Source of the DNA: Gammaproteobacteria bacterium
GTDB lineage: Bacteria > Pseudomonadota > Gammaproteobacteria > GCA-2400775
Assembly (NCBI GenBank): GCA_015492075.1
Contig: WGFU01000022.1
Coordinates: forward strand, 42,232 to 106,231
Length of the DNA: 64,000 bases
Direction of reading: 5' to 3'
Position numbers and translations under genes: made by a program
Notes under the pieces: model-generated
The model's input: only the letters and a program-made list of their open reading frames with translations
Databases searched by the model: none
What the model was told of the DNA's origin: nothing
Shown here: piece by piece, positions 38,298 through 47,827 of the stretch
How positions within the stretch are numbered: the stretch's first letter is position 1
Layout: every line of letters starts with the position of its first letter

Positions 38298-41200
38298 GCC
38301 ACGCCTTTAAGAATGCTTCGCTATTAGAGCGTAAAGTTGGCAAACAATTAGTTCAATCTATTGCCGATTGTCAGCAACTTATTGAACAAAAAGAACAAGA
38401 CTTGTCTGCCGAGGAGATGGCATATTGCGCGGCAGAGATAAAACGTGTTAGTGGTGCGTTGACCATGCTGTCGAGCGCAACCCCGGCATTGCTGGCGCAG
38501 GAAATCAGCGCATGCTGCTATACGGCAAAAGACTTACAGGGATCAGAGCAAGGCGCAATGCTAGCGCTGCTGGCACAGTCCCTGGCTGATTTGAAGATTG
38601 CTGCTGAACAGCATACGCTCAATGCTGGCGCTAACTACTATCTTTTGTCAGTGATCAATAAACTGCGTGCACAGCGGGGCGAAAAAGCCGTCCCCGCCAG
38701 TGAAGTGCATTCTGTAGACTTCGACGCGGTGCCAGTGAATCAAAACCTTGACGCGAGCACAGACCGCTTCATTGCCGTTGCCCGCAACCAGTGTCATCAA
38801 TTCCAGGCCGCATTGTTAGCGTGGTATCAAGATTGCCGTGACCCCGGTTCGATCAATACATTGGTCACGATTACCGACAGTTTACGGCTTGCTGCATCAG
38901 AGCGGCCACATATTCAGTTTTTTGAAGTGATTGCCGCCCTGATCGACTCGCAGCGCGGCTGTCGCCAGATCAGTCAAGCCATACGCTTGCTGCTGGCCTA
39001 TGTTGAACGCTATATACGCCAGTTAGCGAATGCAGAGGCAGGATACAGTTATGTGCCGACTGCATTAATCAAGGAAGCGCTGTATCACATTGTCACCAAC
39101 AGCCATCATAATAGCGAGCGGGTGCGCGGCATATTAGGCCGCTATGGCTTACGTGATCGCCGCAGTCGTGGCCGAGGAAATGACAGCGATAAGAAAATTG
39201 CGGCGCACGCTGTGCAGACGCCCGCGGGAGTGGTTGAGTTGACAGAGCTTAAGGCTGATTCGGTTCGTCAGGCATTAAACGAGTGCCGACGCGAACTAGC
39301 GGCTTTGGAGCACTTGCTGGAATCATGGTTTGCCGCTGAGGCGCAGAACGAGGTATTGATCAGCGCCAGCGATGCCTGCTATCGCATTATGCGTTGCTTC
39401 GATTTGCTTGGCATGGAGCGGCAGGCGCGGATTTGTGCCTGCGCACAAAGCTTTCTAGTTGAATTGCAAACTGACCTCAGGGCGCCGGCGCATGGCGCTA
39501 GACAAAAACCTGATACAGATCGTTATATGGTGTTTGCCGAAGCGATCGCCGCACTTGCATGCTTCCTTGACGAGGTGACATGTGCTGGCAGTGCAATGTC
39601 TTTGGACATCGAGAATGTGTTACAACTATCCGAGACCCGTTTTGCAGAGCTGGCTGTTCATCCGTTAGTGCCTGTGTCCTTGGGCCAGGCTGCGGAGAAT
39701 TCTGCGACTGATCAACGCCATGTCAGTGCCAGTGAGGAATCGATGGCCGTTAACGATTTGGTGGAGGAAACCGAAGAGTTACTAGTCGATTTTGACTCAT
39801 TGCTTGAGACCTCGGATTTATTGGCTTTGTCTGATGCAGCAATAGCGAGTAGTGATGCCGGTGAGGCAGCCACAGATATCGCGCTTGTTGACCGTGACAT
39901 CATCGATGGCTTCGTTGGCGAAGCAACGGATTTGTTGGACCAACTCGATACGCAGGTCGCACTCTGGCGTAGTGATGGTGAATGGCAAGGGCCGGTGCAG
40001 GAGATACAGCGTTTGTTGCACACACTCAAGGGCAGTGCGCGCATCGCTGTTTACCGCAATATTAGTGATCTATGTCACGGCCTGGAGTCGATGTTGTCAT
40101 CGGTGCAGACGGGGTTATTGCTGCCATCGCAATCACTGATGGAATCGATTCAGCAGTCTATCGACAGCATGCGTGAGGTGTTTGCCATTGAGCATCGGCA
40201 AAGCGTATCTCAAACACAAGATGAGTCTGAGACAATGTCGCGTGACATAAAGCCGCAGATCTCAGAGGGGGCAGCAAAAGAATTAGCGCAAAACGCAGCG
40301 GAAATTACCAGTCCAGCGCCGGAACCGGACTTTTCTACACCGAGACAAGATAGTGATGACCATGACCCGCTGGCCGACGAGAGCCTGTCGCGTTTGTTTC
40401 GGCTCAATGCTGAAGAGCTGGTGGATCAGGCTGCCTTGTTTGAAGAGGTTGGCAAGGCGATGGCGGCTGTGGCTGAACTTGATCCAATCATTTACCGTTT
40501 GTCGGGGGAGCTGGAACATAGCAGCGGATCATCGGACCAACAAGTACGCTTGACGGAGGCGGTGAGTGATTTGCACTTGGCGGCAAACCAGGTCTTGCGC
40601 CATGTCGGCCATATTGAAAGCTGTATCGATGATGCGGCGGCGGCTACTGGTTTGATGCGACAGGTACTGATGGATGCACGCATGGTAGCGCTGGATATTG
40701 ATGCTGGCGCGTATCAGCGCCTGGTAGAGCTAACCGCTAAGACACTGGATAAGAATGTCGAACTGTCCATTGACAGCTCTAATGTCAAATTTGATCGTGG
40801 CGTATTACGCCAGGTGTTTACGGTGCTGGGGCATTTGTTACGCAATGCGGTTGATCATGGTATTGAGTCAGAAGAGCTGCGGGTGAGAGCAGGCAAACCT
40901 GCCCGGGCATCAATTTGTGTCCGTTGCTCGGTGGCGACGAAAGGTATCGCTATCGCTGTAGCCGACGATGGAGCCGGCATCGATACGCGTATGGTATGGC
41001 GTCGTGCAGTGAGCAAAAACCTGGTTGATAAAAGCGAGCCTTTCGATGAGGTTAAGGCTATTGAGTTACTGTTTGAGCCACTGATCTCAACCAAGTCACA
41101 GGTCACGCAGGTATCAGGGCGTGGTGTCGGTCTTGACGCAGTAAAAACAGAAATAGAGCGGATGCACGGGACAATGGAGGTCGACAGTGAATTTGGCCAG

Positions 41201-42043
41201 GGGAGCTGTTTTACGCTTTATTTACCCTACTCGCATGGTTTGGTTCCTGCCACGATAGTTACCGTTGGTGACCAACGCTTTGCCTTGCCAGGCCTGCTGG
41301 AGTCGGTGCCTGTCGAAATGGATCAACTTGTGCGGCAAATAACGGTGGGTAAAAAAACCTACCAATGTCATCATTTGGCAGCACGCTTATTGATCAAAAC
41401 ACGCCCTTATAAAGGTCGGTTAGCACAGGCGCTATTGATGGCAGATGGCGATGAGGCGATTGCCTTGATTGTTGATGAGGTTGAAGGCAGCGAACATATT
41501 TTAATCGATAGCATGGGTCCTCAGTTATCTCACGCAGTTTACCTGTCAGGTTTTGGCTTGCTCGAAGACGGCGCATTGGTGCCAGTACTAGAACGGGCGT
41601 ATTTTCTGCGTACTGGCAATGATTTGACTGGCGCACCATCTTTGCCTGATTCGTCGGTGCCTGAGGATGGCCCGCCGGCAAGCAAAACGATACTGTTGGT
41701 AGATGACTCGTTAACAACCCGCCGTTATTGTGAAAAACTATTGCTCGGCCACGGATATCACGTGGTGGCGGCGAGAACCGCTGAAGAAGCCCAGGATATG
41801 GCGAATAAAATTACTGTGGATTTGCTGGTATCTGATTTACAGTTGCCGCAAATGAATGGCTATCAATTGATTGATAGCTTACGTCAACAGCCACAGTACC
41901 AGACTTTGCCAGTGGTGCTGATCAGTGCCAGCGAATACGATGAGAGCCGGGCGCAACAGCATGGTATCGCTGTCTGGTTGAATAAGCCATATCGAGATCG
42001 AGAACTTTACGATGCTGTTAAGCGTCTTATTAAAAGGCACTGA
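38294..42043 (+). CDS. chpA: hybrid CheA-type histidine kinase ChpA/PilL (Hpt - kinase - CheW - receiver)
   Basis: Hpt motif LLHTLKGSARIA, N-box HLLRNAVDHGIE, G1 DDGAGID, G2 GRGVGLD. CheW-like region and C-terminal receiver (ILLVDDS...VSDLQLPQMNG...LNKPY). 4-bp overlap with pilJ. Confidence 0.85.
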   Translation: MSHAFKNASLLERKVGKQLVQSIADCQQLIEQKEQDLSAEEMAYCAAEIKRVSGALTMLSSATPALLAQEISACCYTAKDLQGSEQGAMLALLAQSLADLKIAAEQHTLNAGANYYLLSVINKLRAQRGEKAVPASEVHSVDFDAVPVNQNLDASTDRFIAVARNQCHQFQAALLAWYQDCRDPGSINTLVTITDSLRLAASERPHIQFFEVIAALIDSQRGCRQISQAIRLLLAYVERYIRQLANAEAGYSYVPTALIKEALYHIVTNSHHNSERVRGILGRYGLRDRRSRGRGNDSDKKIAAHAVQTPAGVVELTELKADSVRQALNECRRELAALEHLLESWFAAEAQNEVLISASDACYRIMRCFDLLGMERQARICACAQSFLVELQTDLRAPAHGARQKPDTDRYMVFAEAIAALACFLDEVTCAGSAMSLDIENVLQLSETRFAELAVHPLVPVSLGQAAENSATDQRHVSASEESMAVNDLVEETEELLVDFDSLLETSDLLALSDAAIASSDAGEAATDIALVDRDIIDGFVGEATDLLDQLDTQVALWRSDGEWQGPVQEIQRLLHTLKGSARIAVYRNISDLCHGLESMLSSVQTGLLLPSQSLMESIQQSIDSMREVFAIEHRQSVSQTQDESETMSRDIKPQISEGAAKELAQNAAEITSPAPEPDFSTPRQDSDDHDPLADESLSRLFRLNAEELVDQAALFEEVGKAMAAVAELDPIIYRLSGELEHSSGSSDQQVRLTEAVSDLHLAANQVLRHVGHIESCIDDAAAATGLMRQVLMDARMVALDIDAGAYQRLVELTAKTLDKNVELSIDSSNVKFDRGVLRQVFTVLGHLLRNAVDHGIESEELRVRAGKPARASICVRCSVATKGIAIAVADDGAGIDTRMVWRRAVSKNLVDKSEPFDEVKAIELLFEPLISTKSQVTQVSGRGVGLDAVKTEIERMHGTMEVDSEFGQGSCFTLYLPYSHGLVPATIVTVGDQRFALPGLLESVPVEMDQLVRQITVGKKTYQCHHLAARLLIKTRPYKGRLAQALLMADGDEAIALIVDEVEGSEHILIDSMGPQLSHAVYLSGFGLLEDGALVPVLERAYFLRTGNDLTGAPSLPDSSVPEDGPPASKTILLVDDSLTTRRYCEKLLLGHGYHVVAARTAEEAQDMANKITVDLLVSDLQLPQMNGYQLIDSLRQQPQYQTLPVVLISASEYDESRAQQHGIAVWLNKPYRDRELYDAVKRLIKRH

Positions 42044-42112
42044 GTGATAATGTTTATTTAAATTTTACACCTTATAGGTCGATGCTTGCCGCGTAGATTT
42101 AGCACATAATTA

Positions 42113-43141
42113 ATGATGTCATCACAAGCCGGAAAAAGATTAGGATTGCTGGTATGTCGGCCAGAAGCGATTTCGCGCCTGTCAGATCCGTTGACGGCGC
42201 GTGGTTGGGTGATAGCCCACAGCGCGGTGTTAGCGGACGAGCAGGCGCAAAGCATTGCCGGTGCGGGTTTGTTTGAAACCGCCAGCGTCCTGGTAGTGGA
42301 TCTTGATGGCGCTGACAATAGTCAGTTGCAGCATCTTAATGAGCTGGTCAGTGTCGAAGAGCGGCCCATACTCTTTAATGATTCCTCGCACGATGCCGAC
42401 TGGTCGCAGCATCTGCATCAGAAGTTGGTCGGCTTGCTTGGTGCAGTAGAACAAAGCGACGTCGTGGCTGAGGATCATGTCGTTACGGCAAGCATTAGCG
42501 ATGGTGGTTTGATCAATGAACCCGTAACGACTGACGGTCAGGCCAGTGCCGCAGCCAAGGTATCGGAACATGTCTGGTTGTTAAGCGGCTCGCTTGGTGG
42601 GCCAGAGTCGTTACGAGATTTTTTTAGAGCGTTGTCGCCTGGGCTGCCGGTCAGTTTCATCGTGATGCAGCGTATCGCACGCGAGCATATCGATGTGCTT
42701 GAAAATCACGTGAAACAATTTACAGATTATGCAGTGACGGTGTTGAAATCTCCCATGGTGTTGACAGAGGGCAGCATTATCCTGGTGACTGATGGCAGTT
42801 GCTTTTCCATCGGCAGTGACAATAGCATAGCGTTGGATAGTGCCTCGCCATGCGAACAGGCGCTTAACGAGATGATGTCGGTGTTGGCCAAGCGCTACGG
42901 CCGCAATGCCGGCGCCATCATATTTAGTGCTATTGGCGAGGACGGGGTTGATGGCTGCGAGCAGATTCTTGCCAGCGGCGGCAGAGTTTGGCTGCAGGAA
43001 GGTGTGGCTGGATACTTTGCCAAGTTGCAGCCGCCGCAAGACGACGATAGTCATCGCTTTGAAGTGGCGACTGCTGCGCACCTGGCACAGCGGTTGAGCG
43101 GTCTTTATCAGCAAAAAAGTACGAACGGCGATATGCCTTGA
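42113..43141 (+). CDS. chpB: CheB-like methylesterase homologue (ChpB-like), probably degenerate
   Basis: The C-terminal domain aligns by eye to CheB: LLSGSLGGPESL vs AIGASTGGTEAI, FIVMQRIA vs LITQHMPP, SAIGEDGVDG vs LTGMGNDGAAG. The N-terminal domain is receiver-like but lacks the acidic DD pair. Confidence 0.65.
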   Translation: MMSSQAGKRLGLLVCRPEAISRLSDPLTARGWVIAHSAVLADEQAQSIAGAGLFETASVLVVDLDGADNSQLQHLNELVSVEERPILFNDSSHDADWSQHLHQKLVGLLGAVEQSDVVAEDHVVTASISDGGLINEPVTTDGQASAAAKVSEHVWLLSGSLGGPESLRDFFRALSPGLPVSFIVMQRIAREHIDVLENHVKQFTDYAVTVLKSPMVLTEGSIILVTDGSCFSIGSDNSIALDSASPCEQALNEMMSVLAKRYGRNAGAIIFSAIGEDGVDGCEQILASGGRVWLQEGVAGYFAKLQPPQDDDSHRFEVATAAHLAQRLSGLYQQKSTNGDMP

Positions 43142-43176
43142 CACCGGCTCTGTTCATTCTTGCTGCCACCACTTAG

Positions 43177-43911
43177 TCAGAGATCTCCCCAGTGATGTTG
43201 AATCGCGGCGATAGCCGCAATGGCCGCGGTTTCTGTGCGCAAGATGCGTGGCCCGAAGCGCTTTGGTGTAAAGCCGGCCTGGCGCAGTTGGCCGATTTCA
43301 CGATCAGTGAAGCCCCCTTCCGGCCCAATTAGCAGGCTGATGGAATCGTTTTCTGTCACATTACTTTCGCTAAGGGTTTGCGCCGCGTCCGGATGAAATA
43401 GCCAGCGATGCCTGCCGGTAACACCTGACTCTATAATACTAGCCAGGTCAGACAGCGGCTGTAGTAACGGCAACACGCTGCGACCGCATTGTTCGCAGGC
43501 GTTGCTGATAACGGCCTGCCAATGGTGATGGCGGCTTTGCTCACGCTTGCTGTCCAGTTTGACGTTACAGCGTTCGCTGGTGAGCGGATGAATGGAGGAT
43601 ACGCCCAGCTCCACTGCTTTTTGAATAGTCCAGTCCATTTTTTCGCCGCGCGATAATACTTGTAGCAGCTCAATGCGTAATGCTGATTCACGGTCTACAG
43701 TAAAGGCGGCGCCGATTTCAAGCAGTGCCCTGCGTTTTCCACTGATACGCAAAATTGAATGATAGCAATGTCCCTGGCCATCAAAGGCCTCAATTTCGCA
43801 GCCGTCGCGCAGGCGTAACACATTGAGCACGTAATGCGTTGTTGCTGTATCTAGTGTTGTTGCAGACTGCGCACGCAGCGCAGTAGGGATATAAAGTCTA
43901 TGTTTGGCCAT
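43177..43911 (-). CDS. rsmE: 16S rRNA (uracil1498-N3)-methyltransferase RsmE
   Basis: The ATG at 43909-43911 gives MAKHRLYIP...HYVLNVLRLRDG, an RsmE N-terminus. C-terminal GPEGGF and RILRTETA motifs. Confidence 0.85.
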   Translation of the reverse strand: MAKHRLYIPTALRAQSATTLDTATTHYVLNVLRLRDGCEIEAFDGQGHCYHSILRISGKRRALLEIGAAFTVDRESALRIELLQVLSRGEKMDWTIQKAVELGVSSIHPLTSERCNVKLDSKREQSRHHHWQAVISNACEQCGRSVLPLLQPLSDLASIIESGVTGRHRWLFHPDAAQTLSESNVTENDSISLLIGPEGGFTDREIGQLRQAGFTPKRFGPRILRTETAAIAAIAAIQHHWGDL

Positions 43912-43962
43912 GGTGAACGGGATGGCTTGGAGCGGGAGCAATAATAATCGCAGCAGGTGGCG

Positions 43963-44802
43963 TTAAGCTTGTAATTGACGCCAAATCGCCAGCGTCGCTG
44001 TGGCTTGGTTCATGGTGTAGAAATGCAGTCCCGGTGCGTCACCTTCAAGCAAGGTGGCGCACAGCTCGGTGACGACATCGGTGCCGAAATCGCGCAGGGA
44101 TTCCATGTCATCACCAAAGCCTTCCAGCCGGCGCCGAATCCAGCGGGGAATCTCGGCACCGCAGGCATCGGAAAACCGTGCCAGCTGAATATAATTGGTG
44201 ATGGGCATGATACCGGGTACGACGGGAATATTAATATTTGCTGCGCTGCAATCATCAAGAAAACGAAAATAGGCATCTGCGTTAAAAAAGTATTGCGTTA
44301 ATGCACTGTCGGCACCGGCATCCACTTTGCGCTTAAAGTTGATCAGGTCGTCTTGAGCGGATTTTGCCTGCGGGTGAAACTCCGGATAGGCGGCAACCTC
44401 GATGTGAAAATAATCGCCAGTCGTTTTGCGAATGAACTCGACTAGCTCATTCGCATAGTTGAGCTGGCCGGCGTCACGCATGCCGGACGGTATGTCGCCC
44501 CGTAGTGCGACGATGCGTTTCACTCCCTTGCTTTGGTAAATCTCCAACAGTTCGCGAATGTTGTCCTCGGTTGAGCCAATACAAGATAGATGAGGAGCAA
44601 CCTCGACACCTGTGGCAGCGTTGATATCTGACACGCACTCCAGGGTATTGTCGCGGGTGCTGCCACCGGCACCGAAGGTGACAGAGAAGAATTCAGGGTT
44701 CAGTTCCGCTAGGGTAGCACTGGTATGCGCAAGCCGTGCGGCGGCTGGCGCATTTTTAGGTGGAAAAAATTCGAAGCTAATCGTGCGTTGATAGTTTTCC
44801 AC
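43963..44802 (-). CDS. metF: 5,10-methylenetetrahydrofolate reductase
   Basis: SFEFFPPK N-terminal motif. 279 aa. Follows ahcY. Confidence 0.9.
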   Translation of the reverse strand: MENYQRTISFEFFPPKNAPAAARLAHTSATLAELNPEFFSVTFGAGGSTRDNTLECVSDINAATGVEVAPHLSCIGSTEDNIRELLEIYQSKGVKRIVALRGDIPSGMRDAGQLNYANELVEFIRKTTGDYFHIEVAAYPEFHPQAKSAQDDLINFKRKVDAGADSALTQYFFNADAYFRFLDDCSAANINIPVVPGIMPITNYIQLARFSDACGAEIPRWIRRRLEGFGDDMESLRDFGTDVVTELCATLLEGDAPGLHFYTMNQATATLAIWRQLQA

Positions 44803-44824
44803 GCCAGGTTCCTGTGTTGATGAT

Positions 44825-46141
44825 TTAGTAGCGGTAATGCTCTGGTTTATACGGACCGTCTTTGGCTACGTCAATGTATTTGGCCTGTTCATCGGTGAGT
44901 TCGGTCAGGTTGACGCCAATTTGCTTAAGGTGCAGGCGGGCAACTTTCTCATCCAGTTTTTTAGGCAAGACATAGACTTTGTTTTCGTAGTTGTCAGCAT
45001 TATTCCACAATTCAATCTGGGCAAGAACCTGATTGGTGAACGAGTTGGACATAACAAAACTTGGGTGGCCGGTACCGCAGCCAAGATTTACCAAGCGTCC
45101 TTCAGCCAATAAAATAATGCGTTTACCGTCAGGGAAGATGATGTGATCGACCTGAGGTTTAATGTTCTCCCATGTATATTGTTTCAATGAGGCGACGTCA
45201 ATTTCAGAATCAAAATGGCCAATATTGCAAACGATGGCCTGGTTTTTCATTTGCTTCATATGTTCATGGGTAATAACATCAACATTACCTGTGGTGGTGA
45301 CAAAAATATCGCCTTGCGAGCAGGCATCGTCCATGGTGACGACGCGATAGCCTTCCATTGCCGCTTGTAGTGCACAAATCGGGTCGATCTCGGTAATCCA
45401 GACCGTTGCGCCGAGGCCGCGTAGTGACTGCGCACTGCCTTTACCAACATCGCCGTAACCCAGTACGACGGCCACTTTACCAGCGACCATGACATCGGTG
45501 GCACGCTTGATACCGTCGACAAGGGATTCGCGGCAACCATAAAGATTGTCGAACTTGGATTTGGTTACTGAGTCATTGACGTTAAAGGCGGGTACTTTAA
45601 GCTCGCCATCGCGCATCATATTGTAGAGACGGTGAACGCCAGTGGTGGTTTCTTCCGACAGTCCTTTGACGTCGTTGAGCAGTTCGCCGTATTTTTCATG
45701 CATGAGTATGGTCAGATCACCACCGTCATCCAGAATCATATTTGGCCGCCAGTTATCCGGGCCGAAGATGGTTTGTTCTATGCACCACCAGAACTCCTCG
45801 TCGCTCTCACCTTTCCAGGCAAAGACTGGGATGCCGGCAGCGGCGATAGCGGCGGCGGCATGATCCTGGGTCGAAAAGATATTGCACGATGACCAACGTA
45901 CTTCAGCACCGAGATCGATTAGCGTCTCAATCAATACTGCGGTTTGAATGGTCATGTGCAGGCAGCCCGCAATGCGAGCGCCTTTTAACGGTTTTTCCAC
46001 ACCATACTCTTTGCGCAACGCCATTAGCCCGGGCATTTCACTTTCAGCGATATTGATTTCCTTGCGGCCCCATTGTGCCAACGACATATCAGCGACTTTA
46101 TAATCAGGTTCCAAGTTTTCTATCGGTGAGACAACGCTCAT
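44825..46141 (-). CDS. ahcY: adenosylhomocysteinase
   Basis: [18 protein letters not shown]-terminus, NAD motif GYGDVGKG, C-terminal KPEHYRY. Confidence 0.95.
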   Translation of the reverse strand: MSVVSPIENLEPDYKVADMSLAQWGRKEINIAESEMPGLMALRKEYGVEKPLKGARIAGCLHMTIQTAVLIETLIDLGAEVRWSSCNIFSTQDHAAAAIAAAGIPVFAWKGESDEEFWWCIEQTIFGPDNWRPNMILDDGGDLTILMHEKYGELLNDVKGLSEETTTGVHRLYNMMRDGELKVPAFNVNDSVTKSKFDNLYGCRESLVDGIKRATDVMVAGKVAVVLGYGDVGKGSAQSLRGLGATVWITEIDPICALQAAMEGYRVVTMDDACSQGDIFVTTTGNVDVITHEHMKQMKNQAIVCNIGHFDSEIDVASLKQYTWENIKPQVDHIIFPDGKRIILLAEGRLVNLGCGTGHPSFVMSNSFTNQVLAQIELWNNADNYENKVYVLPKKLDEKVARLHLKQIGVNLTELTDEQAKYIDVAKDGPYKPEHYRY

Positions 46142-46180
46142 AGGGGTTCTCCGTAATATATGTAGGGTTTTGTTGATGAC

Positions 46181-47347
46181 TTAGCCATGGATGCCAGCGG
46201 CGGCTTGTAGTTCGGCCGCCTTGTCAGTTTTTTCCCAGCTAAAGCTGGCTTCCTCACGTCCAAAATGGCCGTAGCTGGCTGTAGCGGTATAAATAGGTTT
46301 GAGCAGGTCAAGCATCTTGATCAGGCCGCGTGGACGCAGGTCAAAGTGTTGTTTGACCAGCTCGACGATAGTCTGATCGCTGATCTTGCCAGTGCCGAAG
46401 GTGTCGATGCTGATCGATGTTGGCTCGGCGACCCCAATCGCGTAAGAAATCTGGATTTCGCAGCGATCGGCAAGCCCGGCTGCGACCAGATTTTTAGCGA
46501 CATAACGGCCGGCATAGGCAGCCGAACGGTCGACCTTGCTCGGGTCTTTGCCGGAGAAGGCACCGCCGCCATGGCGCGCCATGCCGCCATAGGTGTCGAC
46601 AATAATCTTGCGCCCGGTTAATCCGCAGTCACCGACTGGGCCACCAATAACAAAACGACCGGTCGGGTTGATGTGGATTTTGGTGCTGTTAGTTATCCAT
46701 TCGGCGGGCAAGACCGGTTTGATGATTTCTTCCATCACGGCTTCACGTAGGGTGTCATTATTGATTTCAGGGTTGTGCTGTGTTGATAGCACAATGGCAT
46801 CAATGCCTACGGGCTTGTTGTGCTCATAGCGAAAGGTAATCTGGCTCTTGGCGTCGGGCCGTAGCCAGGCCAGGGTGCCATTTTTTCTGACCTCTGCCTG
46901 ACGCCTCACCAGGCGGTGGGAATAAGTAATGGGTGCTGGCATCAAGACATCGGTCTCATTGCTGGCATAGCCGAACATCAGGCCTTGGTCGCCGGCGCCT
47001 TGTTCGCCATCTTCGCCCTCGTCAACCCCCATGGCGATGTCGGGGGATTGCTTGCCGATGCCGTTCAATACCGCGCAAGATTCCCAGTCGAAGCCCATTT
47101 CTGAGCTGTTATAGCCGATTTCCTTGATTGTGGCACGCACGATCTCTTCGAGATCAACCCAGGCATTGGTAGTGATTTCGCCAGCGATCAAGACCATGCC
47201 AGTTTTGACCAGGGTCTCGCAGGCGACGCGTGCGGTGGGGTCCCGAGTTAATAAAGCATCCAGCACGGCATCTGAAATCTGGTCTGCGACTTTGTCAGGA
47301 TGGCCCTCAGAGACTGACTCAGAGGTAAAAAGGGTGCTATTTGGCAT
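46181..47347 (-). CDS. metK: S-adenosylmethionine synthetase
   Basis: [41 protein letters not shown]. Confidence 0.95.
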   Translation of the reverse strand: MPNSTLFTSESVSEGHPDKVADQISDAVLDALLTRDPTARVACETLVKTGMVLIAGEITTNAWVDLEEIVRATIKEIGYNSSEMGFDWESCAVLNGIGKQSPDIAMGVDEGEDGEQGAGDQGLMFGYASNETDVLMPAPITYSHRLVRRQAEVRKNGTLAWLRPDAKSQITFRYEHNKPVGIDAIVLSTQHNPEINNDTLREAVMEEIIKPVLPAEWITNSTKIHINPTGRFVIGGPVGDCGLTGRKIIVDTYGGMARHGGGAFSGKDPSKVDRSAAYAGRYVAKNLVAAGLADRCEIQISYAIGVAEPTSISIDTFGTGKISDQTIVELVKQHFDLRPRGLIKMLDLLKPIYTATASYGHFGREEASFSWEKTDKAAELQAAAGIHG

Positions 47348-47827
47348 GCGTGGCGTGCTCCATGTGATCTTTGTGCTTTTTTTTAAAGGTGTTTGGTAAA
47401 CAAGCGCTTGTCAGGCGCGGTGGTGGGCGCCATCAGCTACTGTTTCGGATCTAAAAGCCTGACCTTTAAGTTTTGCTCCCACCGCTTCCCGGCCGCTGCA
47501 TTCTAGTGCCTTACACGGCTGGAGGCTAGTATTTTGGTGGAGGATCAGGCTATTTTTCGTTGCGCTGGAGCTTTTCGCAAGTTCCAGTATAATAGGCCGC
47601 CCCGCGATCTGCCCAAACAGTTGGTTGCCTGAACGCTGGGATCAGAAATATAACGTGCTGTCTGGGGCTGTGAGGGCTTTCACTATGAAGATCTTCACTG
47701 GCGTCTTTGATCTGGCAGCGAGCTGTCGAAGTGCACTCTGCAAGCTTTTTCAGTGCGATTACGTGCTTGCTCGTAAATGTCGCTCGGCAGTCTATGACAA
47801 CGAATTTTATAGCTATAGGAGAGATCG

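Noticed and set aside
42611-43144. 177-aa antisense ORF opposite chpB
   Set aside because: No motifs. It overlaps the CheB-like gene, which is in operon register with chpA.
47400-47540. Possible SRP (4.5S) RNA or SAH/SAM riboswitch upstream of metK (AGGTCAGG and GGAAGC blocks on the minus strand)
   Set aside because: The blocks are in the wrong order for SRP RNA. I could not find the SAH (GAGGAGCGCUGC ... AACGGCGCUC) or SAM-II consensus. The region is kept only as an unexplained long leader.
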